A stretch of DNA of 64,000 bases from Eledone cirrhosa. Lineage: Eukaryota. This document shows, piece after piece, positions 1 through 11,318 of this stretch; the first letter of the stretch is position 1, and every line of letters begins with the position of its first letter. The translations under genes were made by a program, and so were the position numbers. The notes beneath the pieces are model-generated. The model did not search any database. It was not told where the DNA came from and was given only the letters and a program-made list of their open reading frames with translations. The stretch is taken from contig OZ024741.1 of NCBI GenBank assembly GCA_964016885.1, positions 388,864,001 through 388,928,000 on the forward strand, given 5' to 3'.

Positions 1-121
1 GTTGTGAGAAAAAAATTAAGTTACTTATGTAGCTTTAATTATGTTTATTTAGTTTTCTCAGTGTTTATATCCTGCACCAATATAAACCAGCAAAGAGTAT
101 ACACATAAATATACATTTGTA

Positions 122-255
122 AGGCAGGCTTTTGCACAGTTTCTGTCTATCATTTACAAGGCTATGGTAGAAGACATGCTCCAGGTGCTGTGCAATGGAA
201 TTGAATTTGGAACCATGTAGTTGCGAAGTGAAATTCTAAACTACAGTCATACTGG
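122..255 (-). mobile_element. Degenerate tRNA-derived CORE-type SINE
   Basis: Minus strand reads ...CTACATGGTTCCAAATTCAATTCCATTGCACAGCACCTGGAGCATGTCTTCTAC..., a B-box-like head plus CORE-like segment. Related decayed copies at about 33535, 36730 and 42830. Confidence 0.55.
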
Positions 256-1846
256 ATTAGCATTGAAGATTATCTTAGCATCTCGATATATTCTTTTCTA
301 CCTTAGCTAGGAGACTTAATCTATAGTTTTGTAGTTGATCATATGAGGATAGATTAAATATTAAGTCATGATAGCTGCAAGGTATTGTCAGTATTCATGT
401 TTTTGTAAAGTGTTATGTAGTGTGGTATTAAAGTGAAGAGTATTGTAGTTGATTGTTGTACTGTGAGATTTTGGAGTTTGATATTAGTTTTTTCCCCAAG
501 GCCACAACTAACTCCAATACTCCATCATTTCTATTTTAACTAATTGGTTTGTTTCTTTCATTGATATTTAATCTTTTCTTCTGATTATGCATCAGTAGGA
601 ATGTTGAGTGTTTGTACTATATTTTCTATCCAGGCATTGTTATTTCATCATATACTCTACATTAGTTCCTTAATATGAAATTGCTTCAGAAATCTAAGAA
701 ATTAAACAAGCGGTATCATCTAGTTTTCTCTTCACAACAGTATTGAGATGATTATTTCAGATAATTTTAAAATCTCAAAGCTTTCTATTTAAATTGCAAT
801 GTTGAATAGCTAAAAGTATTATTTCAAAGTGCTGTTTTTTTAGTGTGTATTTTATCTCAATCCTGATAGATCTACCTTAATTTAAAGAAGGAAAAGATAC
901 TACTAATTTATAATAGCACTTGTATCTAGAATGCTTAAGAGATGATTTATAATAGCTCTTGGGTCTAAAATAGTTAAAAAAACAAAGAAAAATTATGGGT
1001 ATTCAATCAATGTTCATATTACAAAAGTTTGAAGTGTTTTCTTGGCAATTTAAAAACAGTATAAATGTTCAATCACTGAACAGTTGGGTTTCTTGAAAGT
1101 CTACAAGTATTTGATTTACATAACTAGACAATCCATATTAGATATTTCAGAATTGTGCTGTTAGTATTGAATGACCCAAATCGACAAGATCCCTGACTTC
1201 ATTTGCTTACTAAGTGGGATGGACCATTGGTTTTTCCTATTGCTAATATTATCAACTGGTCATAACTCCCAGTTAGTATTAGATAAGATATACTATCTGC
1301 TTTGAAAACACATTTTGTTTAACTATCAGGATTATAAAGGAATGTGTATCTGCATGAAAAAAAAAAATCTATTTTTAATGTCATTTCATGGTAAGAAAAT
1401 ATCTAAAATAAGATTAGCTGTTAACATCTTGCAGTGATTTAGCAGAAAATATCATCATCATCATCATCAACGTTTAACGTCCGTGTTCCACGCTTGCATG
1501 GGTTTGGACGGGGGTAGTCCCACTTGAGGCAAGAGTGATTGTCTTGCTCGCATAGGACTGTCTGGCAGGTTTTCTACAGTTGGATGCCCTTCTTAACACC
1601 AACCACATTTACAGTGTGGGTCTGGGAGGTTTTTACCGTGTTGCCTACACGGCCACATTACAGCGTGGACTGTGTGTTTTTTTGTCGTGACACCTACACA
1701 ATCTCATTTGTTTCGGCCTGGATGGTGTGGCACCAACATAACTTTACATAGAACGGGGTGGTGTGGATGGGGTGGGGGTGGTGGGACGGGGGGGGGGGGT
1801 ATTTTGTTAGAGATGCCTACTGGCTGTAGTAGGTTTTACTATGTAT

Positions 1847-4800
1847 TTAGGTAAGGCGGATCTTCTCTGTTACTGAGTACCGCCAAAGGTCTCGGTCCAG
1901 TGACATTGTCTTGGAGAGGTGTAAGTGTGTGAGGTCGGAGTTTATCAGCTCGTCCCAGGTTTTTCTAGGTCTGCCTATTCCGTGGCTGCCGTCTATCTTT
2001 ATTGCCCTGCACTTTGTTATACAGCTATCGACTTTCATGCGCATCACGTGTCCATACCAACGTAGCCTTCTCTCGAGTAAACAACATCTGATCCCTCTTA
2101 TTTCTAATTTTTTCCTTAGTTCGTTTATGCTTTGCCGTTCACGTATATTACTGTTACACATCCAGCGGAGCATGCAAGCTTCGTTCCTCTCTAGTCTGCG
2201 TATATCCTCTGCACACAATGCCCAGGTCTCACTGCCATGCAACATTGCTGTTCGTATGCAGGCATCGTACAACCTGCCTTTCATTTTTAGGGAGAACCCT
2301 TTAGCAGCTAATAGTCGTATAAGCTCTCTGAACTTTTTCCAACCAGTTCTGACTCTAGCTACTGTACTTTCAGAGCACCCTCCCCCACTGCTGATTTTAT
2401 CACCCAGGTAACGGAAACTGTCCACTATTTCTATAGAACCCTCTGCGCAATTGAAAGAGCTAGTATTTTGTGGGCACTTGCTGCTACTTATTGCACCGGA
2501 GCACCGGCCACATGTAAAATCTATGTTCTTAGTTAGCTTACCTGTGATCCCACTACATCTTTTATGCACCCATACTTTGCATTTAGGACATAAAATGGAG
2601 TTTCTACCTACGCCTTTCCTACACACCGAGCACGACCATTTCCCGGAAGGGACCGCCGCCTTATTTTCTTTCCTACAAACTAGAACTTTAGTCTTAGCCA
2701 GGTTAATTTTAAGGCCTTTTGATTGTAGGCCGTGCTTCCATGTTTGGAATTTCTTCTCTAGCTCGGCCATTGATTCCGCTATGAGTGTCAAGTCGTCTGC
2801 GTATAGGAGTTCCCATGGGCAGCCGGTCTTGAACTCCTCTGTTATAGCCTGAAGGGCAATAATAAATAGTAGGGGGCTGAGAACAGAGCCCTGATGGACG
2901 CCAACTTTTACGCTAAACTCTTCACTATATTCGTTGTTAATTCTAACCTTGCTGACTGTTTCTTTATACATGGCTTGTATAGCTCTCACAAGCCATTCGT
3001 CAACGCCTAGTTTTCTAAGAGCCCACCAGATAATGGAGCGGGGGACTCTGTCGAAGGCTTTCTCCAAGTCGACAAAAGCTAAGTAGAGGGGTTTACCTTT
3101 AGCTAGGTACTTCTCCTGTAGTTGTCGTACAATGAAAAGAGCGTCTGTGGTACTTTTGCCTGACACAAACCCGAACTGCATTTCATCTAGGTCAATTCTC
3201 TCTCTGATTAGTTGTGCTATTACTTTTTCCGTGACCTTCATGACCTGGTCGATTAATTTAATGCCTCTATAGTTACTCCTATCTAGGGCATCTCCTTTAC
3301 CCTTATAACAGTTAACGATGATGCTGCTATGCCAGTCCTTCGGAACAACCCCATTCTGTACGACTTGGTTAACTATGCGGGTGACCATGGTGTGTCCCAC
3401 CGTGCCAGATGCCTTCAGCATCTCAGCAACTATTTCCGAAGGCCCAGCTGCCTTACCCGTCTTCATATCCTTGATTGCCTTACTTATTATACTCCCCTCG
3501 ACTAACACTGCTGGTCCCTCTATTGGGTCGATATGGGGGAGACTGTCTTTCTCCCATTTATTCTCCTCATTTAGTAGCCTTTCATAGTGACACTTCCAAG
3601 CTACCTTCTTATCAGCGTCGGTGATGGCAAGTGTGCCATCATCGTTTAGTACACACTTCTCCCCGACAATATCACGGTTTTCCTTGACGCATTGCCTAGC
3701 AATCCTGAACACCTCACGTTTTTGGTCATCGCGTTGTAGAACATGCTTGAACTTTCTTTCCTCAGCTTCCCTTCTTGCTAAGTACACTTGTCTCCTAGCT
3801 TCCCTCCTGGCCACTTGATAGTCTTCTCTACTTCCCCCATCCCGCCATACTTTCCAAGCCTGCTTTTTGGCCTTAATTGACCCCTCCACCTTACTGTTCC
3901 ACCACCATGTTACTCTCCTCCTGCCTACAGGCCTGCTCCAGCCACAGACTTCGTCTGTCGCCAACAGCAGGTTTTCTTTCAGAAATTCCCACTCTCCCTC
4001 TATATTGTCCGACTCTAAATGTTCTTCCTTACTGTCGAAAGCATCAAGTAATATGCTTTGAAATTTATTCCTGGCTGTGGGGTCCTTTAGCTTCCATATT
4101 TTTCTCCTGAGGATAGTCCTCTTCTGCTGTCGAGTACGTCTCGTCCTGACTATGAGGTCGCTAATTATCAGTCTATGTTGGGAGGTGCATTCTTCATGGA
4201 GGAGGGATTTAGTGTTTACAACAGACACTCTGTCACATCTTCTGGTAAGGATATAATCTACCTGGCTTGTGTGTTCCCCGGATCTATAGGTGATCAGGTG
4301 ATTGTCACGTTTTTTGAAGTTAGTGTTACAGATAGTTAGGTTATTTGCATCACAGAATTCCAGGATTCTGGAGCCTTCCTCATTTCTAGTACCAAACCCA
4401 TAGCCTCCATGGATTTCGTCGTAGCCGTCACAATGTTGTCCAATGTGACCATTTAGGTCGCCTGCAATAATTATATAGTCACTGTCGGATATTTGGGAGG
4501 TAGTTAGCATCAGTGTCTCATAGAATCTGTCTTTTATAGTGCCGGGCAGTCCGGATTGGGGGTGCGTACGCAGATATTACTGTCACCGTAGTTCTATTGA
4601 GGACAAGTCGTATTTTAATTATTCTGTCGTTCACTCTATTTACGTCTATTATCTTATCTGCCCACTTTTCTGCTACCATGATTCCTACTCCACCCAGCCC
4701 ATCGTCGTTTCCCACCCAGAAAAGCTTATAACATCGTTTTTTACCCTCAATGAATCTAGCAGACCCACCCCTCCACCTGGTCTCTTGAATACAACAAACA

Positions 4801-5093
4801 TCGACCTCCTTACGTTCAAGCATTTCTACAACCTCGTTAGCGCGACCCTTTAGGGTGCCTACATTTATGGTACCAACTCTGAAGTTTTGGATTGCGTTTG
4901 GGGGCTGGGGGCGGTGGGGGGCGGGGGATGGGGTTATGTTAACCGTCCGCGGTCGAAACAATGAGGAGTGATCTCGCATTCTCGTCCACGAGGTGAATTT
5001 GTCTTTATCTTTATCTTTGGCATTGGCATTGTCGCTGAGCGTCCACATTTTTCTCTCTCTCCTCCACTCTCCAGGATTCCGCAGTCCATCCAT
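1847..5093 (-). CDS. RTE ORF (APE endonuclease, reverse transcriptase, PHD finger), split by a +1 frameshift at 4558-4562
   Basis: EN motifs RVGTINVGTL, CCIQETRW, SAYAP, GDLNGH, SQVDYIL, SQHRL. RT motifs NYRGIKL, QFGF, AFVDLEKAFDRVP, GVHQGSVLSPLLF, LLYADD, FRYLG. RTE C-terminal RRLRWYGHVMR and GRPRKTW. Confidence 0.93.
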
Positions 5094-5533
5094 CCATCAT
5101 ATATCGAAAGGCAACCAGGCAAGCGATAGTATAGGCCTCTGGCTTATGATTGGTCCGCGTAATAATAATACTGGTGATGCGTGGGGGCTCTGGCTTATGA
5201 TTGGTCCACGTAATAGCAATGGTGGTGCGTGGGGGCGGGAGGGAGGGGTGTTGGGTAGCTAGATAGAAGGTAATGATTGAATGGGGTCCTTGCATTTAAC
5301 AAGCGATTAACAAAAATACAAAATTCGTTCTGTTCAATACGACAAAAACTTTCGTATCTAACAATTAATGATACAAAAAATGTAGATTGTTTTAGCAATA
5401 GATTGGCTATTTGGACTTGATACGAAATAGGAGTGTGGAGGTAGAGATGAAAGAAAAATATGTACATTACGTTACATGAATATCGTGGGGGAGACAGCAA
5501 TGCAATGAAATTTGGCGAAGTGAATTTCTATCT

Positions 5534-5534
<1 letters not shown>

Positions 5535-5568
<34 letters not shown>

Positions 5569-5592
5569 CTAAGAGAGAGAGAGGGGGGGGGG
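5535..5592. repeat. Compound (TA)n(GA)n(G)n microsatellite
   Basis: Directly visible. Confidence 0.9.
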
Positions 5593-6141
5593 GTTGGCCA
5601 CATGATGTGTGTGTGTATTGGGCGGTTGACCGCCATGCCCTCGCGAAGTACAGGGAAGGGGGGGGGGTCGATGAAGCGGGAGTTTAGAGTTTCGAAAGAA
5701 GGAAGAAGGAAAAGGATTTTGTTTTTATTTGTTAATTCAAATGTTTATAGAATATTTATATCTTTACAAGCAGACAGATTGTTCTGAAGTTTTTCCTTTT
5801 TAATGCGATGCAGTTTCATGTTAATTTTTCACATGATGTAGTATTGTATGGTAAAGGAAGTTAAGGGTTAAAGTTCCAAAGTTCTATATATTCTTAATTT
5901 TTAAGAAGCTGTTAAACAATTTATTAGAAAAACATTTGATGGTGTCACATATTGTAACCTGATAGGCAGTGTGAAAACAAGGTGTGGTTGAATGGTTTAT
6001 GTTAATTGTTTATACCCATTTAGAAAGTGGGTAAATTTTGGTGTAAACAGGATATTTTTAAAACTCAGTTTTAACAAGAAAAGTTATTTTCAGAATTAGT
6101 GGGTTGGGATCAGGGAGACAGTGAATATTATATATATATCT

Positions 6142-6370
6142 TGGTGGTGGTGGCAGTGGTGATGGTGGTGATAGTGGTAGTGATGGTGGAGATAGTGATG
6201 GTGGAGATAGTGGTAGTAATGTTGGTGGTAGTAATAGTATTGGTAGTAGTATTAGTGATAGTGGTGGTGGTAGTAGTTGTGGTCATGGTAGTAGTAGCAG
6301 TGGTGGTGGTAGTAATAGAGATGGTGGTTGTAATAGCAGTGGTGGTGGCAGTAGTAGCAGGAGGAGGAGA
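6142..6370. repeat. Degenerate (GTG/GTA/GAT)n trinucleotide repeat
   Basis: Directly visible; produces the spurious poly-V and poly-T ORFs. Confidence 0.9.
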
Positions 6371-6408
6371 TTTTAGACAGACTCCCAATCATTCCAAAAG
6401 GCAATAGA

Positions 6409-7200
6409 ATTGATCAAATCTGAGCCTGATTGAATAAATCAACACTTTGGACTTCTATCAAAATTTTGAAGCTCGCTACAAACATGAGAGCATATCTTGG
6501 TGGAGACGAACAATCAGAGCAGTTCTCCCAGAATCTATTAATGCTTGGGGACAGAAGACTTCCTGTAGATAGAAAGGGAGTTATTGATATAAGTCCCATA
6601 GGCATGATGGTGAAATCATTATTTCATCTCATAGAAAAAGGGTTCCTTAATTTTGAATATCAGTTCTCAAGTCACAAGTTGCTCAGTGAAAGGGCTATAT
6701 TGACCCTGAAAAATGTCACTGAAATTGGTAAATCAAGAAGTGTTAAAAAGAATTCCAAAGGTTTCAAAGCTCTATCCTTCTGTCGACACTGGTGGAACAG
6801 TCGGAATCTGTCAGTTACTCAACAGAGTTCCTCAACTCTTTAGAACAATCTGGAATGCCTCCACATGTCCTTCACCCCATCATGTTATTGAGGAATTTGG
6901 TCCCACTATGCAATGGCACTTGGTTAGTTGTGAAAAATACGTATCCACAGGTGATCCAAGCCACCATTTCAACAGGATGTGGTAGGTGAGAGAATGTGTT
7001 CGAACCAAGAATTTCTCTTATTCCTGCTGGTGTCCAATTTCAATTTCTAGTGGGTCTTAGTTTTGCCATGATCATCAACAAATCACAAGGACAAACATTT
7101 TCAGTTGCCAGTTTACATCTTGAAAAGCTGTGCTTCACCCATGGTCAGATTTACATTGCATGTCCTTATCAAGGGGAATATCATTCAGGGGAGACATGGT
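6409..7200 (+). mobile_element. Helitron RepHel remnant (Pif1-like helicase C-terminal half, frameshifted)
   Basis: KSTLW...LKLATNMRA...EQFSQNLLMLGD; YSTEFLNSLEQSGMPPH; PIMLLRNL..LCNGT; FAMIINKSQGQTF...FTHGQIYIA. These are characteristic Helitron helicase motifs. Confidence 0.88.
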
Positions 7201-7224
7201 CTGATATGGAATAAGAAAAATGCT

Positions 7225-7360
7225 TTTTTCCATGTCTTTTGCACGTCCACTTTACAGTGTGGGCCAGGTGTTTGTTGCCTCATCTTTTACACGTCCACTT
7301 TACAATGTGGGCTGGGTGCTTTTTACCATGTCTTTTACATGTCCACTTTACAGTGTGGGG
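7225..7360 (-). repeat. ~39-bp tandem repeat (x3) related to the RTE/SINE 3'-UTR module
   Basis: Unit ...CACGTCCACTTTACAGTGTGGG...; resembles CACATTTACAGTGTGGG at 1604-1620. Confidence 0.7.
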
Positions 7361-7372
7361 TATGTATGTGTG

Positions 7373-7410
<38 letters not shown>

Positions 7411-7413
<3 letters not shown>

Positions 7414-9549
7414 TCATCATTTTACGTCCGCTTTTCCATGCATGCAAGGGTGGGACGGGTCCTATTCAGCACAGCATCTCTCCACTTGTCACGGTCCTTC
7501 GTCATCTCCACTGTGAGCTTCAACAATCTGAGGTCTGCTCTCACCATCTCCGCCCATGTTTTTCGTGGTCTTCCTCTACGTCTTCCTTCAACTTACATTT
7601 CTTGGCACTTCTTCACCTATCGGTCATCCTCCATGCGCATCACATGTCCATATCATCGCAGTTTCCTCTCCCGCACACAACAATTTATCCCTCTCAGACA
7701 CAGTTTCTCTCTCAACACATCCATGCTCGGTCGTTCACGCACATTGACATTGCACATCCAACGGAGCATGCTTGCCTCATTTTCCTCCAGTTGTCGCATA
7801 TCCTCTGCAGTTGCTGCCCATGTCTCACTACCATGCAACATTGCGCACCTCACACAAGCATCATAGAACTGGCCTTTCATACGCAGGGAGAAACCCTTGT
7901 TCGTCAGCAGAGGAAGCAGCTCCCTAAACTTCTTCCAACTCATCCCTATTCTAGACACTATGGCCTCAGAACACCCCCCTCCCATGCTAATCTGATCACC
8001 AAGGTACCGGAAGCTATCAACCACTTCTATAGCACCCACCTGCATTGGAAAAATGTGTCTATCAATGCGACTTCTACTGTCTAATTTCCCTGTACATCTA
8101 CTGCATACGCATTTCTCCCTACCTGTTAGTTTGCCTGCTATCCCACTACATCTCTTGTGTACCCAAGATCTGCATTGTGTACATTTTATAGAATTTATGC
8201 CAGTTCCTTTTCTGCATATCGAACATGGCCATTTCCTTGACAGAATCAGAGTTTTGTCCTCTTTTCTACTCTTCAACACTTTTGTCTTAGTTAGGTTCAC
8301 TCTCAGTCCCCTTAATTCCAACTGCTGTTTCCATAGCCAGAATTTATTCTCTAGCTCCTCTACTGATTCTGCTATAAGAACCAGATCGTCAGCATAGAGA
8401 AGTTCCCATGGACAGCCAGTCTGAAACTCCTCTGTTATGGCTTGGAGGACTATAATGAACAAGAGCGGGCTAAGGACCGAACCCTGATGTACTCCTACTT
8501 GTATCTGGAATTCCTCACTAAACTCCATTCCTACCCTCACTTTACTGACAGCACCTCTGTACAAAGCTTGCACTGTCCACACGAGCCATTCCTCAACACC
8601 TAGTTTCCTTAGGGACCACCAGATGACAGATCAGGGTACCCTATCAAAGGCCTTCTCTAGGTCAACAAAAGCTAAGTATAGTGGTTTGTTCTTCTCCAAG
8701 AACCTCTCTTGTAGTTGTCTCACTAAGAAGAGGGTATCTGTTGTACTTTTCCCAGGCACAGAACCAAACTGCATCTCATCTAGTTTGACCCTTTCTCTAA
8801 TTAGTTGTGCTAATATCCTTTCTGCCACTTTCATAACCTGATCCATCAGTTTTATGCCCCTATAATTGCTCCTCTCCAGAGCATCCCCTTTACTTTTGTA
8901 ACAATTTATGAGAATACTGCTGCATCAGTCTTTGGGTATGACACCAGCATATATAGCCTGATTGATGATGCGTGCAACCAGTTTAGTGCCTACATCCCCT
9001 GATGCCTTCAGCATCTCGGCAACTATCCCCAACGGTCCAGCGGCCTTACCATTTCTCATTTCCTTAATCGCCTCTTGGACCCTATATTCATCAATCTCAA
9101 TAGCTGGTCCCTCTGTCGGATCTACTGGGGGTAATTTCTCTCTCTCCCATTTGTTCTCCACATTCATCAGTCTCTCATAATGACATTTCCAGGCCTCCCT
9201 TTTCTGATCATTCGTGACACTAAGTACACCGGCATCATTCCGGACGCACTTATCTCCAACAACATCCTGATTTGCATTGATACACTGCCTTGCAATGTAG
9301 AACACCGCACGGTTCTGATCTTCCCGTCGCAGAACATTGGCAAACCTCCTACTCTCAGCCTCCCTGCGTGCTAAGTACACCTGACGTCTAGCTTCTCTCT
9401 TAGCGGCTGTATATCTTTCTCTACTCCCACCATTTTTCCAAGCATTCCGTGCTAATCTTTTGTCTCTATTGACCCTATCTACCGTGCTGTCCACCACCAG
9501 GTCACTCTGCTCAAGCCACAATTTTCTTCAGTAGCCTGTAGTAAGTTGT

Positions 9550-9550
<1 letters not shown>
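7411..9550 (-). mobile_element. 5'-truncated RTE copy (short-3'UTR subfamily) inserted in a (TA)n tract
   Basis: RT motifs (AFVDLEKAFDRVP, GVHQGSVLSPLLF, YADD) and PHD finger, with stops and frameshifts. (GAT)n tail at 7411; both ends abut TA repeats. Confidence 0.92.
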
Positions 9551-9587
<37 letters not shown>

Positions 9588-9940
9588 GTGTGTGTATAAT
9601 ATACATATGGATATCCATTGTATATGTGTGTATAATATACATATGCATATACATTGTATATGTGTGTATAATATACATATGCATATACATTGTATATGTG
9701 TGTACAATATACATATGCATTGTATATGTATATGTGTGTATGATATACATATACATTGTATATGTATATATATGTATGTATAAAGTCCCACCCTTGCAAT
9801 GAGGGAAAAGTGGACGTATGATGATGATGATGATGATGTATATATATGTATAATATACATATGCATTTACATTGTAGACACACACACACACACATATACA
9901 CATACACATGCACATACACATGATATGTTATGATATGATA
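9551..9940. repeat. TA/CA-rich tract with a ~36-bp tandem unit and an RTE 3' stub (9785-9838, +)
   Basis: Unit TATATGTGTGTATAATATACATATGCATATACATTG repeated about 5 times. GTCCCACCCTTGCA...GGAAAAGTGGACG(TGA)n is an RTE 3' terminus. Confidence 0.85.
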
Positions 9941-10059
9941 TAAATTTGCAAATTTCTAATCTACACTTTCATATATTATCTCAAATTCATAACATCTAAT
10001 ATCCTAAGTTATGATTTCATGAAATATATGTTTAATGTGTAATGTTATCTTTTCTCCAG

Positions 10060-10249
10060 GGCATTATATTTCATTACTGAAATACAAGAAAAAAAGGTTT
10101 TAGGCCCAGTTAGCCGTGTTAGCGCAGGGCCTAGTCTTGCAGGCTTCATATCTATCATAGGTTCCGTCACAAGGCAATGTTTAACAGCTGAATCCCTTCT
10201 TTGTGCAAATCCTTTCGATGTTACTAAAATTATACTGGGAAGTTCGTAA
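10060..10249 (+). CDS. Candidate host-gene coding exon (protein not recognised)
   Basis: Acceptor TTATCTTTTCTCCAG|G followed by 62 open codons ALYFITEIQEKKVLGPVSRVSAGPSLAGFISIIGSVTRQCLTAESLLCANPFDVTKIILGSS*. GC and CpG are raised relative to the flanks, and no repeat was recognised. Confidence 0.5.
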
Positions 10250-10717
10250 TTGAATCTACTAATCCTGATCATCTTTATAAATAGTTACTTTAAGGAATTG
10301 AAAAACGTTTTCTTTTTTATTTTTTTTTATTTCGAAAAGGATTTTAGCTAAAAATTGATGAATTCATTTTTCATGCCATATTTCATTTGAAATTAATTTT
10401 AAGTATTTCATTGGAAAGCTTTTTTTTAAATTAAAACCAGGATTAATGCTAAAAAAATGTTAAATCAATGATTTTGATTTTAAAAAAAAAATATTAGATT
10501 TTCTAGAAATGTAAGCAGCTTTATTTTCTTAACTAACTTAAGTTTTGAAATCATTTGCAATTAGAACATTTTGCATTTTTAATTGTTATTTGAAATGATT
10601 TAATGTAACTTACTCATTTTAAAATAAAAGCTAATATTTTATCTATTATTGAAGATAAGATGAAATGAATTTACCTATGTCTGGGGTAAGAAACCTTATA
10701 AGATTCTTTATACCATA

Positions 10718-11318
10718 AAGGTTCGGTTTCAAGACGTTCGTGGATGTCCTGGTACACTTGCATGCGTCGACCCTTCTGGTCATTGTTCAGCAGTTTTGGC
10801 ACCATCTTTGCGCAGACTTTCTGCATGTCCAAATCTTCAGTGAGAATCTTCCAGACGCTGTCCCGATTCATGCCCAGCTCATTTGCCATCAGTCGAGCAG
10901 TCAGCCGACGATCGCTACGCACCATCTGCCTGACGCGCTCAACGTTGACCTCAGTCCTGGTTGTTGAGAGCCTTCTGCTCCTGGGGTCATCTTGCACCAC
11001 TCAAAAACACTTGAGCGTGACATCGTCTCATCTCCATACACTTGCTGCAGCAATCCCAGTGCTTCTGACGGAGTTTTCCCCAGCCGTACTAGAAACTTCA
11101 AGTTTGTTCGTTGCTCTGTGCTCATTGCTTGATGACCTGAAACAGAGGACATGTATATGAAATTATGAAGAAAAAAGTTTGATCGCTGCAGAGAGCTAAG
11201 ATTACAGTTGCATACTCCAGGGGGATTACTTTGAAGGATAAAACTCTTAGTGTGAAGTTTGGGTTTGAAATAAATCTTTTGTGGCATCAGTCCTGGAACT
11301 TTTCTGACACACCTCGTA
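10718..11318 (-). mobile_element. Truncated, rearranged mariner element
   Basis: N-terminal transposase MSTEQRTNLKFLVRLGKTPSEAL...MSRSSVFEW...DDPRS...KVCAKMVPKLL. TIR CGAGGTGTGTCAGAAAAGTTCCAGGACTG with flanking TA at 11317-11318. Confidence 0.9.

Larger units (their letters stand above)
1452..5720 (-). mobile_element. Near full-length RTE-clade LINE
   Basis: APE endonuclease plus RT ORF, ~390-bp 3' UTR ending in a stem-loop and (GAT)n tail at 1452-1468, CpG-rich 5' region. The 5' boundary (5260-5720) is uncertain and no TSD was found. Confidence 0.93.

Noticed and set aside
1415-1451. TSD for the long RTE element
   Set aside because: No convincing duplicate of the left flank between 5260 and 5950; AGCTGTTAA at 5907 is not adjacent to either end.
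1911-4110. Plus-strand ORFs over the RTE element
   Set aside because: Antisense shadows of the RT ORF with no independent motifs.
6099-6407. Poly-V membrane-like or poly-T mucin-like ORF
   Set aside because: Trinucleotide low-complexity repeat with no supporting splice or domain evidence.
10101-10134. Helitron 3' end (hairpin plus CTAG)
   Set aside because: The CTAG is part of the stem rather than ~10 nt downstream, and there is no matching 5' end nearby.
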